A stretch of DNA of 64,000 nucleotides from Lama glama (Eukaryota). A model generated the notes under the pieces. The model made no database searches. It worked only from the letters and a program-made list of their open reading frames with translations, and had not been told where the DNA came from. The stretch covers positions 105,154,001-105,218,000 of the forward strand of contig CM052817.1 of NCBI GenBank assembly GCA_028534125.1, written 5' to 3'. This document shows positions 14,063 to 26,632 of this stretch, piece by piece; the stretch's first letter is position 1, and every line of letters starts with the position of its first letter. A program made the position numbers and the translations under genes.

Positions 14063-14704
14063 TTATCTCACGTGGTAAATTTTGCTCTCAAAGTTTTAAT
14101 TTATCCTTAGAGGGAATAAATGCTGCAATGGATGTAATATTGTTTCAATGTGACATATCTGAAACTGGGTGAAAATTATACACATGAATTCCATAGACCT
14201 GGCTAAGTTTACCACTGAGGTTTATATAATTAGATTCTGAGTCACTTGAGATAATTTAATGTCCTATGTGGTTAGAGTTCAGACCATTTTTCTAAATGTT
14301 GTTTCTCAACAATTATTTTTTTTTACCCCTGCACTAAGCTCAACCCATTTTTGTAAAGTATACAATAAATACTCATATTCACTTATTTTTATGTAAACTT
14401 TATGATTACATTTTTATCTCCCAAATAGTTCATTTTATATTAAACAGACATGTGTTTGAATGAGAAATTAATTTGGAAATAATTTATACTATTATGCTAT
14501 TGAGTCCCAGAAGAGTGAAAAAAAAAACATTCTGGCAAAAAATAATCTCTTATAATTCTACATTTTCAGCAGCTGTGTAACCCAAAAAGAGGCTCTTTCT
14601 GACAACATGTGCTGGAAAAATAAATACATGGTACTAGCCCAGCTTTTTGTGTTTGAGCAGAGAAATGAGAGAGCCCTAACAGATATTAAGACATACCCCT
14701 TCAG

Positions 14705-14882
14705 GTGGGGAGGGTATAGCTCGGTGGTAGAGTGTATGCTTAGCATGCACAAGGTCATGGGTTCATTCCCCAGCACCTCCATTAAAAATAAAATACATAA
14801 ACCTAATTATGTATTAATAATTTTTTTGTTAATACAAACTCAACAATTTTTTTAAATAAATAAAAATTAATTAATAAAAAAA
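14705..14882 (+). mobile_element. tRNA-derived SINE (camelid Vic-1-like)
   Basis: Pol III A box TAGCTCGGTGG at 14717-14727 and B box GGTTCATTCC at 14760-14769. AT-rich tail containing AAACCTAATTA. Imperfect TSD ACCCCT(T/A)CAG at 14695-14704 and 14883-14892. Confidence 0.9.
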
Positions 14883-14999
14883 ACCCCTACAGCATCAGGC
14901 AAGTGGGGCAATTGTCCCTTGAATAAAAACTGAGATCAACGCAACAAAAAGGAGAATCTACAAACCAGAAGTCTGACATCAATAGAAGAAAAAATTAAA

Positions 15000-15915
15000 T
15001 ATTCAAAAGAGAAACTGGGGCAAAGTGTTAGAGACTTGGATCTAAAGCAGTTACACCCTTCTTCTCGATTTCGCCAAAATGAGTTCAATATAAATCAAAG
15101 TAAAAGAAAGAATATTTATAAAATGGAAAATATACCCCATAACTATCAGAAGGAATTTCTGATGTATTTTTGTTATTGTTACTAGGCCATAAGATTGCTC
15201 CTTAGCAAAATACCAAAAATAAAAATACACAAAGAGTGTAAGTGGTAGATTTGACAGCAAAAAGCTACTATCATCAAAATGCAAGAAGGGAAATTGAAGG
15301 TAAAATAAGAAAAACTAACTAAAGCAATCAAGTGCATCACAGCCAGTCCCACAGGTGAAAGATCAGTTTAACATCTTAAACAAATAAGGAGATTTTATAA
15401 ATCAACATGAAAAGTTTATGCGTGATAAAAGAAAAATGGCATAGAAATGGCAGAGATTAATTCAAAAAGAAAGCGTGTAAAGGGCAAATAAGCAAACGTG
15501 AAATATTTGACCACACTGGTAAGCAAACAAAAGCAAATCAAAGAAACGTATGAGATGTAATTTCTACTTGCAGCATTTCTGTTACAAATGATGCGGAGCA
15601 CTGTCATAAGTTGCAGTGCAGAAGCATCAACTTTATTTGGTCCCATTTAACATCACAAGCCTTCAAAGTTCACGGCCTTTGTTCTGGCAAATTCACTTCC
15701 CGCCATTTATCTGCAGCTTAAATGGGCAAGTGTGTAAAGGTGTGAGTATAAAAACGCATCAGAGTGGTTTATACTAGTGAAAAGTTGGAACGACTTAAAT
15801 GCTTTTCAGTAGGAGACTGGTCAAATTAAGCTTAGTATATTAAAGAGGAAAGGTACATTGATCAAAATGCTGACAATAAATTTATATACTCATTGACAAG
15901 CAGAAACGTACACAG
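15000..15915 (+). mobile_element. Ancient L1 (L1ME-like) 3' region
   Basis: A-rich, with decayed ORF2 3' motifs such as AAAAGTTGGAACGACTTAAATGCTTTTCAGTAGGAGACTGG. Confidence 0.6.
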
Positions 15916-17394
15916 TATATACTAGTAGTATTTCTATTTATTTTTCATTTAATTTAATGGCTGTACTTTTAAAGAGCTTCGACCCAGAGCTTATTTTTTC
16001 TCAAATGGCATTGCTATAAAGGCCAATTTTCCAAAAAATCCAATCAGTGATTTTATACAGATACAATTACAAAAATGCAAACATAGATTTTTCTGTCATA
16101 TCTTCTACAATGTAAGGTAGTTGACAAAGTGTTTCTATAAACAGGTTCAAATAAATGTGATCAAATAAGTGATTATACAGGGTCAATCTGAAAGAAAATA
16201 TTAAATGCTATAAAAGAAGCAAATCATTTGTACAATTTAATAAAATTTTGAAATAATTTAGTCCCATTGTAAGGAAATAAGACAAAAATGAATAGTTTTT
16301 AAATGCAGATCAGTATGTCCTATGTGACTTTCTTATTTACTAGATGTACACTTATAGACACAAACTTCATATATTTCAGCCTGTTAATAAGTTTTCCTTG
16401 GACTTGCATAGACACAAGGTTTTTTGGTGTTTCTGGAATTAAATATCTCTTAGATGATGTTCAATGTGTATATGTCACAGTGAACAGAATATTGTAAGTG
16501 AGTTAAGTAATCGTATATCCATTTGTATGCTTTCTGACATTTCATTAAATTCTGTATGGTGGTGTAAAGTTTATGTATTTAAAGAGAGTATTTCTGGAGT
16601 GGAATTGACACTCTTTGCCACTAGGCAAAAAGAACCAAAAAAAAAAAAAAGGGTTGAGTGGGAGTTATTAATTCTTGCATTGTTTTCAGTTTTTTTTTTT
16701 AATATTGATACTTGAAAATGTGTTCACTGAAAGTGTTGGTTTGCATGTATGTCTCAGAATTAGAGAAGACGTGACCTGGCCTTATGTATCTGGTAATTAA
16801 CAGTAGAATATTTTAAATATATGTTATCCCCCCAACTGACCTTGGTTGTCAGGTACAAAAGGGAGGAACAGAAGATCGAGGGTCCCTGAGGTCTGTCTGT
16901 TTCAAAACGGAAGTCAAATGAGGAAAAAGCCCAGAGACAGCTACATTTATAGGAGGCTTAACTTTATTATTATCAATTTAAAAAAAAAAGCTATCAAATG
17001 TTTATTATTTAAATCTAAATCTCATTTAAGATATTTGAAATCATCAAAGGGGCTGCAACTAAGACATCTGTGATCTTTCAATATTGTCCTTGTCGGTAAA
17101 ATGGACCCAAAATGCAGTGGGGCTGAGAGAGGTGATTAGACAGTTTTACTTGCCCCTTAACTGGCTTCCAAGGAGGGGAAGACAGTGCGAGGCTGATGAA
17201 AAGCAGGACATTTCTCTTATCCCGCAGCTGGCTCCTTGGTTCCAAGGACACAGTCCTACAACGGGACTATTTATGTCCCACAGCTGTTGCATCAATCCCG
17301 AGGACACACCCCAGTATCTCTTTCTTTCTTCTCTTTACATGTGTGCTTCCCCCAGCTCCCTGAAGGGGCAGCAACTTCCAGAACCAGAGAGCAG

Positions 17395-17545
17395 CATCAA
17401 AACTGAAAAACTGATGTTGGTACAGTCTGCAGACCTTATTCAGAATTCACCAGTTTTTAGAGGCACTGACTGGTGTGTGTGTTTGTGTGTGTGTGTGGTT
17501 CTATGCAATCTTATTACTCAAGATTCATGGGTTTACCACCAAAAC
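17395..17545 (-). mobile_element. Old L1 3' end fragment (L1MC-like) with TG tract
   Basis: ACTGATGTTGGTACAGTCTGCAGACCTTATTCAGAATTCACCAGTTTT then (TG)n then GTTCTATGCAAT. Confidence 0.6.
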
Positions 17546-17639
17546 CCAAATGCAAACTGCTCAGACTCCTTTTCTGTGCCCTTTTGTAGCAGGAGGCTTT
17601 ATTTTAAAGACAGAACCATTTACCTACACAGCTTGCCTT

Positions 17640-17800
17640 GTGCATTACATCAGGCGTTACCTTCAGCATTTGCTTCCCGCTAGAGAACACGCGGTTCTTT
17701 TCTCAGACATTAACTCTTTTAATCCATAGAAGAACTGCATGAAGTGGATACTATTATTATCGACATTTCACAGATGAGGATATTGATACAGGAATTGTCA
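17640..17800 (-). mobile_element. MIR fragment
   Basis: TTTAATCCATAGAAGAAC...TACTATTATTATCGACATTTCACAGATGAGGA. Confidence 0.7.
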
Positions 17801-19399
17801 GAATACGTGAAATCCTAATTCTTTAACTTTTGAAGGCAATGATGTCTCTCCAAAAAGTCACTATTTATTTATTTGCTATTTATTCATCTTTAAACTTGTC
17901 CAGATGTTTTACTAATTTTAAATTAAAAATTTAAATTGTGAGAAAGTTATTTTTTTTATTTGGACCCTTGCCCACAAATCTCAAATCTCATACTATTTTT
18001 AAAAACATATTCTTTTAAGCAATTATTTGCAAAACTGTTAGTATAAATGAGTAATATTTATCCATCCTAAAGCCTTTATTTATAATATTTTAAAACTGTA
18101 AATCACTTTATGAAACACAGATTTTGGGCCATGCATTCAAACTTAACCACTTTCCTAGAAGCCAAGATTCATGGGCATGATTATAAACTGGGCAATTAAA
18201 ATCAAGTTTTAAATTCTCAAATAAGTTAATTACAGAAATTATTTTACCTTACAAATATATTATTTTGTACTTTAATGTAGGGGAGTTAAAATTCATAATC
18301 AAATTTATCATTGCTATATATTGAAAACAGCTTATTTAAGCCAATTTCTATTCTAAAGAAAATATAAAATAAGTTGTTTTTCAAGGGCCAGGCTATAAGT
18401 TTGAGCCTTAAATATTGTGTATACTATATCTGCAATATGTACAACTGACGTGCTGTGCTATATATTTAGGTTTAAATACTTCATAGGAATTTTGAAATTA
18501 GATATATGTGCTATGTACGTTACACGTGGAGTAAGATTTTGGCTTTTTATTTTTTGGGGGATGCTATAGGACAGAAAATTAGGAGAGTTGGGTTATGATA
18601 TATAATATTCTTTGCTGTAAAATAGTGCTGTTTTATTTGAACCTCTGATTATTTACTTATCTATCTTATTTCAAACAAATATAAGGTCTTGTGATAGATC
18701 TGGTCTGCTTGAAAAAATGCTTTCAGTGTTAGTTTATGCTTGTCAGGGCAGCAGGGAACGTTAATTTAACAATGCATCTCACGTGCTTTCTTCTTTTATA
18801 TGTGCATGAAAATCAGAGACAGTGAAAGTATAGTCTTAAAACATAACAAGAAGGCATAAGACTGAAGACAGCTAAATGGTGGTCAAAGGAAATGTAAAAT
18901 AGATTCTGAATTTGATTATGTACTTGGGGGATATACGAAGCTTCTCGCACTGTTTTAGTGCACAATCAGGCACTTGAGAAAAACATATGCTAAGTCCTCT
19001 GAAAACCCAGAGCTCCTTACCCGTTAATAAGGAGCAGGAATATGACCCCGTGACTCTTTCCTTCATCTGTAAGAGAGACCCTGATGAGACCACAGTACTC
19101 ACAGTCTGTGCACCCAAAACATAGCTTCTATTTTCACCAGGTCCCCTCATTGGCGTTTGGACAACTCACACTCTGAAATGTGCATTTCAGTGTGCCCCAC
19201 TGCCTCACACCGTCCCTCCTCACTACCCTCCAGGGAGAAACCAGCTTCCAGCAAGCCTTCCTCGGAGTCACCCACATCCAGCAGTCTCTTCTGATACCAG
19301 TTACCTTGTGCTGAAAGGGGTGTTTGAGACTAGGCAGTCCCCACTGCGTCTCTCCCTCCGTAATTACTGGTCACATCCTAGAGCAAGGAAATGGCCTCT

Positions 19400-21900
19400 C
19401 CTCCCCTTTCTGATTTTCTGATGTGTTTTTACCTAGTTGTTCCTATCCCACCCCAATCCCACATCTTCCCCTATGGAATCTCTTTGCTTTTCTATTGACT
19501 ATTTGTCAACTTTTTTGTGTTCAAATTTTAATTTGACTCCCAGTTGTAAAACAGTCTGAAAATCATCAATTTTTTAACATATTTTGAGTCTTAGTACCTG
19601 ATCCATATCTATTAAATTGACATGTAACTGTGTATTCTCAAATTTGAGGATGCATTTTTCTGTTTTTGACTTTTGGGAAATTAAATTTGCTTAATTTGTG
19701 TGTGTTTTTTTTAAACTTTTCATTTGCCTTTTGATTGATTTGATCAGTCACTACAGAGAAAGGTGTATTTATAGCTCCCATTCTGAAAGCTAATTTGTTA
19801 GTTCCCCCCACCCCCCATGTCCTTTTCTTTGTTATGTTATCTATTTGAAACACAAATATTAGTTGATAAAACAATTGATTGTCATGTAAAGTTTTATAAC
19901 AGTAGTAAGTTTCACTCTCTCTTCATGTCTATGTTTAATAAAGCTATTTGTGCTTTTTTGGTTGTTTTCCCACTTTATCTTCTTGTCTTTGGTGAGTGCT
20001 TATTAAAGTACATAATACTCTTTCTCTCTCTTATTTATTTAATTGCCATGATTTTTAAAATAAGACATTTTAGAACATTTCTATATAATTTCTTTTGTGC
20101 TTTCTGGTCACATGCTTTATCTAAAATATCCATTATTCTCTCTCTCTTAGTTTTCATCATTAATATATATAGGATTTCTTCAACAATATAGTCAAGTTAA
20201 TCACTTTCTTCTACCTGAATAACAGATAAACCTTAAAATCAATTTAATGAGATTACTCTTTGGTCATTTAACACTATTGTCTTCAGTATTTTAATTCCAA
20301 GTTTAAAATTTTTATATAGTCATTTTTATTACGTTTCATTTTGCCTACATTCAATTTTCTTCTTCCAGAAGAGCATTCTTTAGAAATTATTTCAGTGGAA
20401 CTCTATCGGTGAAGAATTCTTTAACTTTTGTTAATCCAAGCATGCCTTGATCAGCCATTTACCAAGTTCAAAATTCAGGTCTGGCAGATTTGCTCAGAAC
20501 TTTGAAGAACATTTTCAACTCTAACTCATTTTTTCCTCTTTCAGTCTTCTACTCTGTGTAACTGCAATTATTTGTATGCTTCCCTGAAAATTTTATTTTG
20601 AATTTTTTCTTTATTTTGGATGTTCGGCAGTTTAATTTCAATGCGTTTAGGTGCTTTATCATGTTTGGGATTTGTGACGCTTCCTGAATCTGGTGATATA
20701 CGTTATTTTTTTCTCTTGAGTATTTCCTTCCTTATCCATTGTTTTGTTCTGGTTTTTTGTTTTTTTTGTTTGTTTTTTTTTTTAATCTTTCCTCTGAATT
20801 TTCTACTTTTTTCATTTCATATTACTTTGGTTTTAAGCTCACTTACATTTTCCCCAACTCCTTTATTTCTCTGTGTTCTGTTCTGAAAGAGTTTACAGAT
20901 CTATATCCTAATGTATTAATTATCGCCTGTTATACCTAAACAGATGATTAACCCTTTTATTCTTTGAATTTCAATTATTAATATAATATCTAGAAATTGT
21001 ATTTCTTTTTAAAGTATACCACTTAATGGTGTATTATTTTATCATGTTTTAAATTTCCCCTAATATTTGTACATTTACATTTTTCATCTATAGCTAATGG
21101 TTTTATATTCTGGAGTCTCACAATGTTCTAATTCAGCTATTTTTGTTTGTTTGTTTCCCTTGATTATCTTTGGTTTGGAGGGGGAGGTAATTAGGTTTAT
21201 TCATTTATTTATATATTCCTAACAGAGGTACTGGGGATTGAACCCAGGACCTCCTGCATGCCAAGCACACACTCTACCCCTGAGCTGTACCATCCCCTCC
21301 TCCCCTGATTATCTTTGTGGTGGTTTGTTTTATTGTTCATTTTGTAATTTAGAATTGTGTCCTTGTATTTTGTTGCTTTAATCTCTGGAAATCCTCTGAG
21401 ATCCAGTTTGAAGAGTATATTTTGGCAACCAGACATCTGCTTGCAGGCAATCTGATCTAGTGATTAAGTGGTACGCTACTACATTTTGATGCTAATATTC
21501 TAGCCTTTTGCTGGAGTGATCACACAGATGCTATAACGTGGAAGCCCAAGACCATTTGGAGATGGGTCTGAGATTTTGACTTCTTAGAGGAGATTTTTTT
21601 TTCCCCTTACTAAGATCTCAGGTCAAAATAGAAGCTGCTTTGATTTCACATCTCTTTTCCTGTGGGCAGGTTTCTTTTGTAACCCTCCTTTCAGTCATCC
21701 TGTAGCTGCTGAGGACCACCGCTTTGACTCAGGTGGTTCCAAAGCATTGTCTTCCATACCTGCATGGCCAATCCATGGCCAGCAAAATCCCCAAGAGGCA
21801 GCTAAGGGGTGGTCAGGTACTCAGCTCTGTAACTTTCAGCACTATCTTTAGTTTTGGCCCCTGGGAATTTCACCTCTTTATATATTCTCCTACCATTTAA
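19400..21900 (-). mobile_element. Very decayed L1/HAL1-like 5' region
   Basis: T-rich. GAGAAAGGTGTATTTATAGCTCCCATT resembles the antisense endonuclease region. Boundaries are uncertain. Confidence 0.45.
21173..21300 (-). mobile_element. tRNA-derived SINE (camelid Vic-1-like)
   Basis: GGGGAGGTAATTAGGTTTATT...GAGGTACTGGGGATTGAACCCAGGACCTC...CTCTACCCCTGAGCTGTACC. 17-bp TSD TCCC(T/C)TGATTATCTTTG at 21156-21172 and 21301-21317. Confidence 0.92.
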
Positions 21901-22149
21901 AGCAATACGTGCTAAATGTTTTCGATTTTTTTTTTAAAAGATGTGTGTATATCCCTAGCTGATACCTGAATTTATCTTAAAGAACCCACTTCCTTTTAAT
22001 CCCACACCAGTAGGAATTTTTACTCATTCTTATGTTTCCTAACATAGAGCCAGGAAGAGAATTTTCATCCTGCTTCTCAACCTCTGATTGATGTTACAAC
22101 CTCCAAGTAAAGTCCTCTCCTTGGAACTCTTCTGATGACATCATTGTCA

Positions 22150-22420
22150 TCAACTGAGTGCCTGATATTAATCTGGGGAGAATTCTAAGCACTTCACACA
22201 TACTGAGTCACTTAATCACTATTTACTGTTCACTATTAATAATCACTATTATATAATCTAATGTACTGTGCCCAGGAAATAATCACGGTTACTGTGCCCA
22301 TTTTGTAAATGCAGACTCTGAAGAATAGAGTGAGTAAATGGTGTGGTCATGTGATTATAAGATGAAGTCAAATGTGAATCTAGAAAACCTGGTTTCAGAG
22401 CTTACATTCTATGTGTTTTA
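22150..22420 (-). mobile_element. MIR SINE
   Basis: TCTAAGCACTTCACACATACTGAGTCACTTAATC...CCCATTTTGTAAATG. Confidence 0.6.
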
Positions 22421-22784
22421 CTCCCCCAGGTTCTATGTATTTTGATTTCCAAGATTAAGTTGATATTTATCTATGTGGTTCATTGGCTTCCTCTTAAAAC
22501 CAATTACTGTCGTAATTACATAAATTTCAAAATATATGGTACAGCACATCAAAAACACCAGGCTTGATTGATTTTTTTTTCAATATCAGTAATTTTCACT
22601 TTCATTCCACTTCAACTGTATACTCCAAAGTTTCCACTCTGGATCTTATTTTTAATTTTTTTAATTTTTTTTAACAGTTTTCCCCTCTGGAATCTTTTAA
22701 GATATTTTGGTATAGTTTCAGTTCTCTCAATATCTTATTTCCAACAAAACTGTTTTTCTGAGGAAGGTTTATATAGGGAAAAGT

Positions 22785-22890
22785 TTCATGATCTCTCTGT
22801 GCCTCAATTTCCTCACTTGTAAAGTAATTCTCTTTCTCCAAGTATTATATAACTTCAGTAAGACAGCATGTGTAAGGATGTACCATAAAT
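22785..22890 (+). mobile_element. MIR fragment
   Basis: CTCTCTGTGCCTCAATTTCCTCACTTGTAAA matches the MIR core. Confidence 0.7.
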
Positions 22891-23024
22891 CCAGAGAATG
22901 GTTCTGATTAAAATTCTAAAGTGTATTCCTCATTAAATGGTAACTTCTCTCCTAGCTCTTCAGATATCTTTTTTTAACAGTCATTTGTATTTTTTAAAGT
23001 CAAATTTAGCTACTCAATATTTGT

Positions 23025-23240
23025 TATTTTATTTTATTTATTCATTTGTATTGAAATATAGTTGGTGCACAATATTATGTTAGTTTCAGGTGTACAACAT
23101 AGAGATTTGACATTTAAATACGTTACAAAATGACCATCATAATAAATCTAGTAACCATCTGTTCCAGTACAAAGTTATTATAATATTATCGACCATATTC
23201 TTTATGCTGTGTAATACATCTCCATGACTTATTTATCTGC
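23025..23240 (-). mobile_element. L1 3' end
   Basis: TTGAAATATAGTTG...TTAGTTTCAGGTGTACAACATAG...CTAGTAACCATCTG. Confidence 0.8.
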
Positions 23241-23916
23241 ATCTTAATCTTTTCTTTATTCACTGACCAATTCTGTTTTCTTATTAGATTGATACTCCCT
23301 GTAATTATTTTGTTTATATAATTTACTTGCTTATTGTCTTACATTGCTGGTAGAAAATCATCAGTGTTACAGAATTAGAAAGCCATTGTTCATTAACAAT
23401 CATATCAAATGGTTAGTGAACAGAGAGTGATTCTTTTTTAGTCTTTTTGCATCCTCGGATGGTAGATGTTTTATATAGGTGTTTTACTCAAGTTTTAAGG
23501 AATCATCTGATGGGTCGGGCTTGACATGGCACTTTTACAATCTTCCCCACGGGAAACAATGGCTAGTAGCTGTAGCTGTGGTCCGTGCAGTCCATCTGAT
23601 TTTTTGGGAGCAGATTATTGACTTTAACGCCATTCCTTGTATTTGGAAAAATGCCAAATGATAAAGCAATTCTAGATTAATAAAGGAAATAACCTTTGTT
23701 TGATTTTTTTTGTATAGTATCATAGAAGACAATCAAGTATTTTATAGCAAACATTTTACAATTTGACAAACGTGACACATTTGCCCAGAATGAAAATTAT
23801 TCTTTTCTTGTAATCAAATCAAAAAACGTATGGGAAATATATCTTAATATTTAAACATAATTTAAATTCTTTATATTTGTAACCCAGGATGACTTATTTT
23901 TTTTATGTGTCAAGGG

Positions 23917-24338
23917 ATTTTTTTTTAAGTGAAGTACAGTGAATTTGCAAAGTTGTGTTAGTTTCTGCTCTACAGCATAGCGATTCAGTTATACAAACAT
24001 ATATATCTCCTGTTTAGATTCTTTTCCACTATAGGTTATTACACACTATTCAATAGAGTTCCCTGTGTTATACAGTAGGATCGTGTTATTTATCTATTCT
24101 ATAGCTGTTTGTATCTGCTAATCCTGTATTTATAATTTATCCCGTCCCTCCCTCTTCCTTCCTGTTAACAATAAGTTTGTTTTCTGTGTCTGTGAGTCTG
24201 TTTCTGTTTTGTAAATAAATTCATTTGTAACATTTTTTAGATTCCTACATATAAGTGATATCATATGGTATTTATCTTTCTCTGTCTGACTTACTTCACT
24301 TAGCATGATCATCTCTAGGTCCATCCGTGTTGCTGCAT
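23917..24338 (-). mobile_element. L1 3' end (artiodactyl-type)
   Basis: ORF 24130-24324 (MDLEMIMLSEVSQTEKDKYHMISLIC) matches the L1 3' end. T-run at the left edge. Confidence 0.9.
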
Positions 24339-25099
24339 AATCTAGGTGTATTTGTAAAACTTAATCCCTGACATTAATTAAATACAATTAAGAAAAAAAT
24401 CAAATCATACTTTTTTGCTTGATTTTATGTAGCATACCACAGACATATTTAAACATATCAACATAGATAATCTAAAAGTTTATATTAAAATTGAGAAGTA
24501 CTAATTGGATTTGATGCCTGTTAATTTATGTACAGTGGGAATGAAGTAGCATGTTGATAAATACAATGTAGAATAAAAGACTTTAATGCCTGAATGATTT
24601 ACTCATCATCGAATTTTACTCTAATAGTATAAAAGATATTAGCCATTTTTAAGCAGAAAAGAAATAGGGTTTAATGAGCTGATGGAAAATTTGAGCAAAA
24701 TGGAAAAAAAAAACTTATTCACCAATTACCAGCATAACCATTTCATCTACACGTCCTCTTACTGCAGTTTCACTGCCTACTGAGTGTGACAGGTCATCTC
24801 TGGAATCCAGTCCCTTAATTCAAATGTACCTATAACTACTCTGGAGTTGTTAGAAACATTACCGGTTTATCTATCTACCCATTTATTTATCTATTTGTGC
24901 CTATGGGGAGACTTGGTCCTTTACTTTCTAGGTGGTTTCATTTTTTGATGTGAAATAAAAAGACTATCTGAGCAGCATGATCCTTTCCTCCCTGAGGAAG
25001 AAGATGAACCTGTTAGAATTTTGTCTACAGTATTTTCAAAAGTGTCACCTGTTGTTTGCTATTCTTAGTGTTGTGTACATACTTTAAAAAAAAAACTTG

Positions 25100-25256
25100 G
25101 CAATTTATATATGTATATTTATATTATATACTTATATTTATATATCTACACACACACATCTTTAATGGAATATATATGTGTATAAATAAACCACTCTGCT
25201 GTACACCAACAACTAACATAATATTGTAAATCAACTATACTTCAATTTTAAAAAAT
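25100..25256 (+). mobile_element. L1 extreme 3' tail fragment
   Basis: CTGCTGTACACCAACAACTAACATAATATTGTAAATCAACTATACTTCAATTTTAAAAAA, the same family as the 4455-4680 element. Confidence 0.8.
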
Positions 25257-25589
25257 TCTCAGGTTTAAATGTGTTTAAAACTCAAAAATTTTTAAAATGG
25301 TGGCCATTGATTTGAAAGCAAATGATTTCTAGGAAAACAGAAAAAAATTACTCAATGAAAAATTTATACATGTATATACAAAACAATATTTGGAGAAGAA
25401 GAATTGGTCTGAGTTTTATATCAATATTACCAGTTTCTTCAGTTTACTACATACAATTGCAAGAAAATAAAGTGCATTTTTATACATTACAGGACCCATT
25501 ATTTCTCACTTGTTTCTTTCTTAAAATTCCTTTTAAGGCCTGATTCTTGAACTTGAGACAGGATTGAATTTTTATTCATATTCATGACT

Positions 25590-26632
25590 TCGTTTCCCAA
25601 CTATACATAAATGACTCTCAAATTTATGCCTTGACCCCAGGGTTCTCTTTTGAGTTCCACACTTACATAGCCAGTGGATTCCTCCACCTTATTTCCAGAA
25701 TATTTCAACAGGACCTTACGTTGACCATAGTCAAAACTATGCTTATGACAAAAGGATGTTGAGGCTGTTTCTCATCTAAGTGAAAGTATCCTCAACCAAC
25801 TGTCGTTCAAGTCAGAAACCGTATAACCTTGATGATGGTCTGCTTACAGAAGGAGTAGTCTCTCATCAGGTCCACTCTATTTAATTTACCAAACCTCTCT
25901 CAGATAATTAACGTCTTTCCGTTCATGATACCGCTACACTAGTCCAATGTTCCATCAAGGCAAACCTCCTCCTAAAGCGGATCAACTTCTAATTAATTCC
26001 CTCATACCTACATCTCTCGTTTAAAATGATCACCCCAGCCCGGCCCCAGAGATCACATCCAAAAGGCAAATCTGAGCTTGCTAGTGCTCTTCTGTTAGCT
26101 CCTCCAAGATTTCTCATGGCTCATAGAACAAAGTCAAACCTTAACATCGTTTCAAAATCCTGTATTACTCAGTGCATTTGAGTTTATTTTCCATGTGTTC
26201 TCTTGGCTTTAGTTACAACAACCTCTTAGTGTTTTCTCAAAAATGCTGTGACCAGTGGACACTTCAGGTTCTTGTAAAACTGAACCGTCCTGTACGGAGA
26301 TGATACTTTTGCCCTTTTTTTCTTTTTTTTTTTTGTTGGTTAGTTTCTACTTGACCTTCAGTTCACTGCTCAATTTCACTTCCTTAAAGGAGACTTTATT
26401 AAGACTAGGGCTAAATTAGATCCCTTGGTTATATGGCCACATAACTCCCTATGCTTTTCTTTCATAGCACTTATTATAGTTCACAATTTACAATTTAGCA
26501 TTACTTAATTACTTTCCGTTTACCACACATGACTCCAAGTTTTTTATCGTGGTTCAGTGGTTTCATCCACCACTGAATTTTTGGCCATAATAAATTGCTT
26601 GGAAATCTCCAAATAAATATGGGTTGATAAAT
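25590..26632 (+). mobile_element. L2 LINE 3' portion
   Basis: AATGACTCTCAAATTTAT encodes NDSQIY, like the L2 RT motif DDSQIY. Also CTCATAGAACAAAGTCAAACCTTAACAT and a terminal AATAAATATGGGTTGATAAAT. Confidence 0.75.

Noticed and set aside
14711..14780. Possible tRNA gene (also 21226-21295)
   Set aside because: There is no clean cloverleaf, and the AT-rich tail and TSDs identify it as a SINE.
17084..17683. 199-aa ORF, the longest in the window
   Set aside because: It has a non-ATG start, runs through an L1 fragment and a TG repeat, and contains no recognisable domain.
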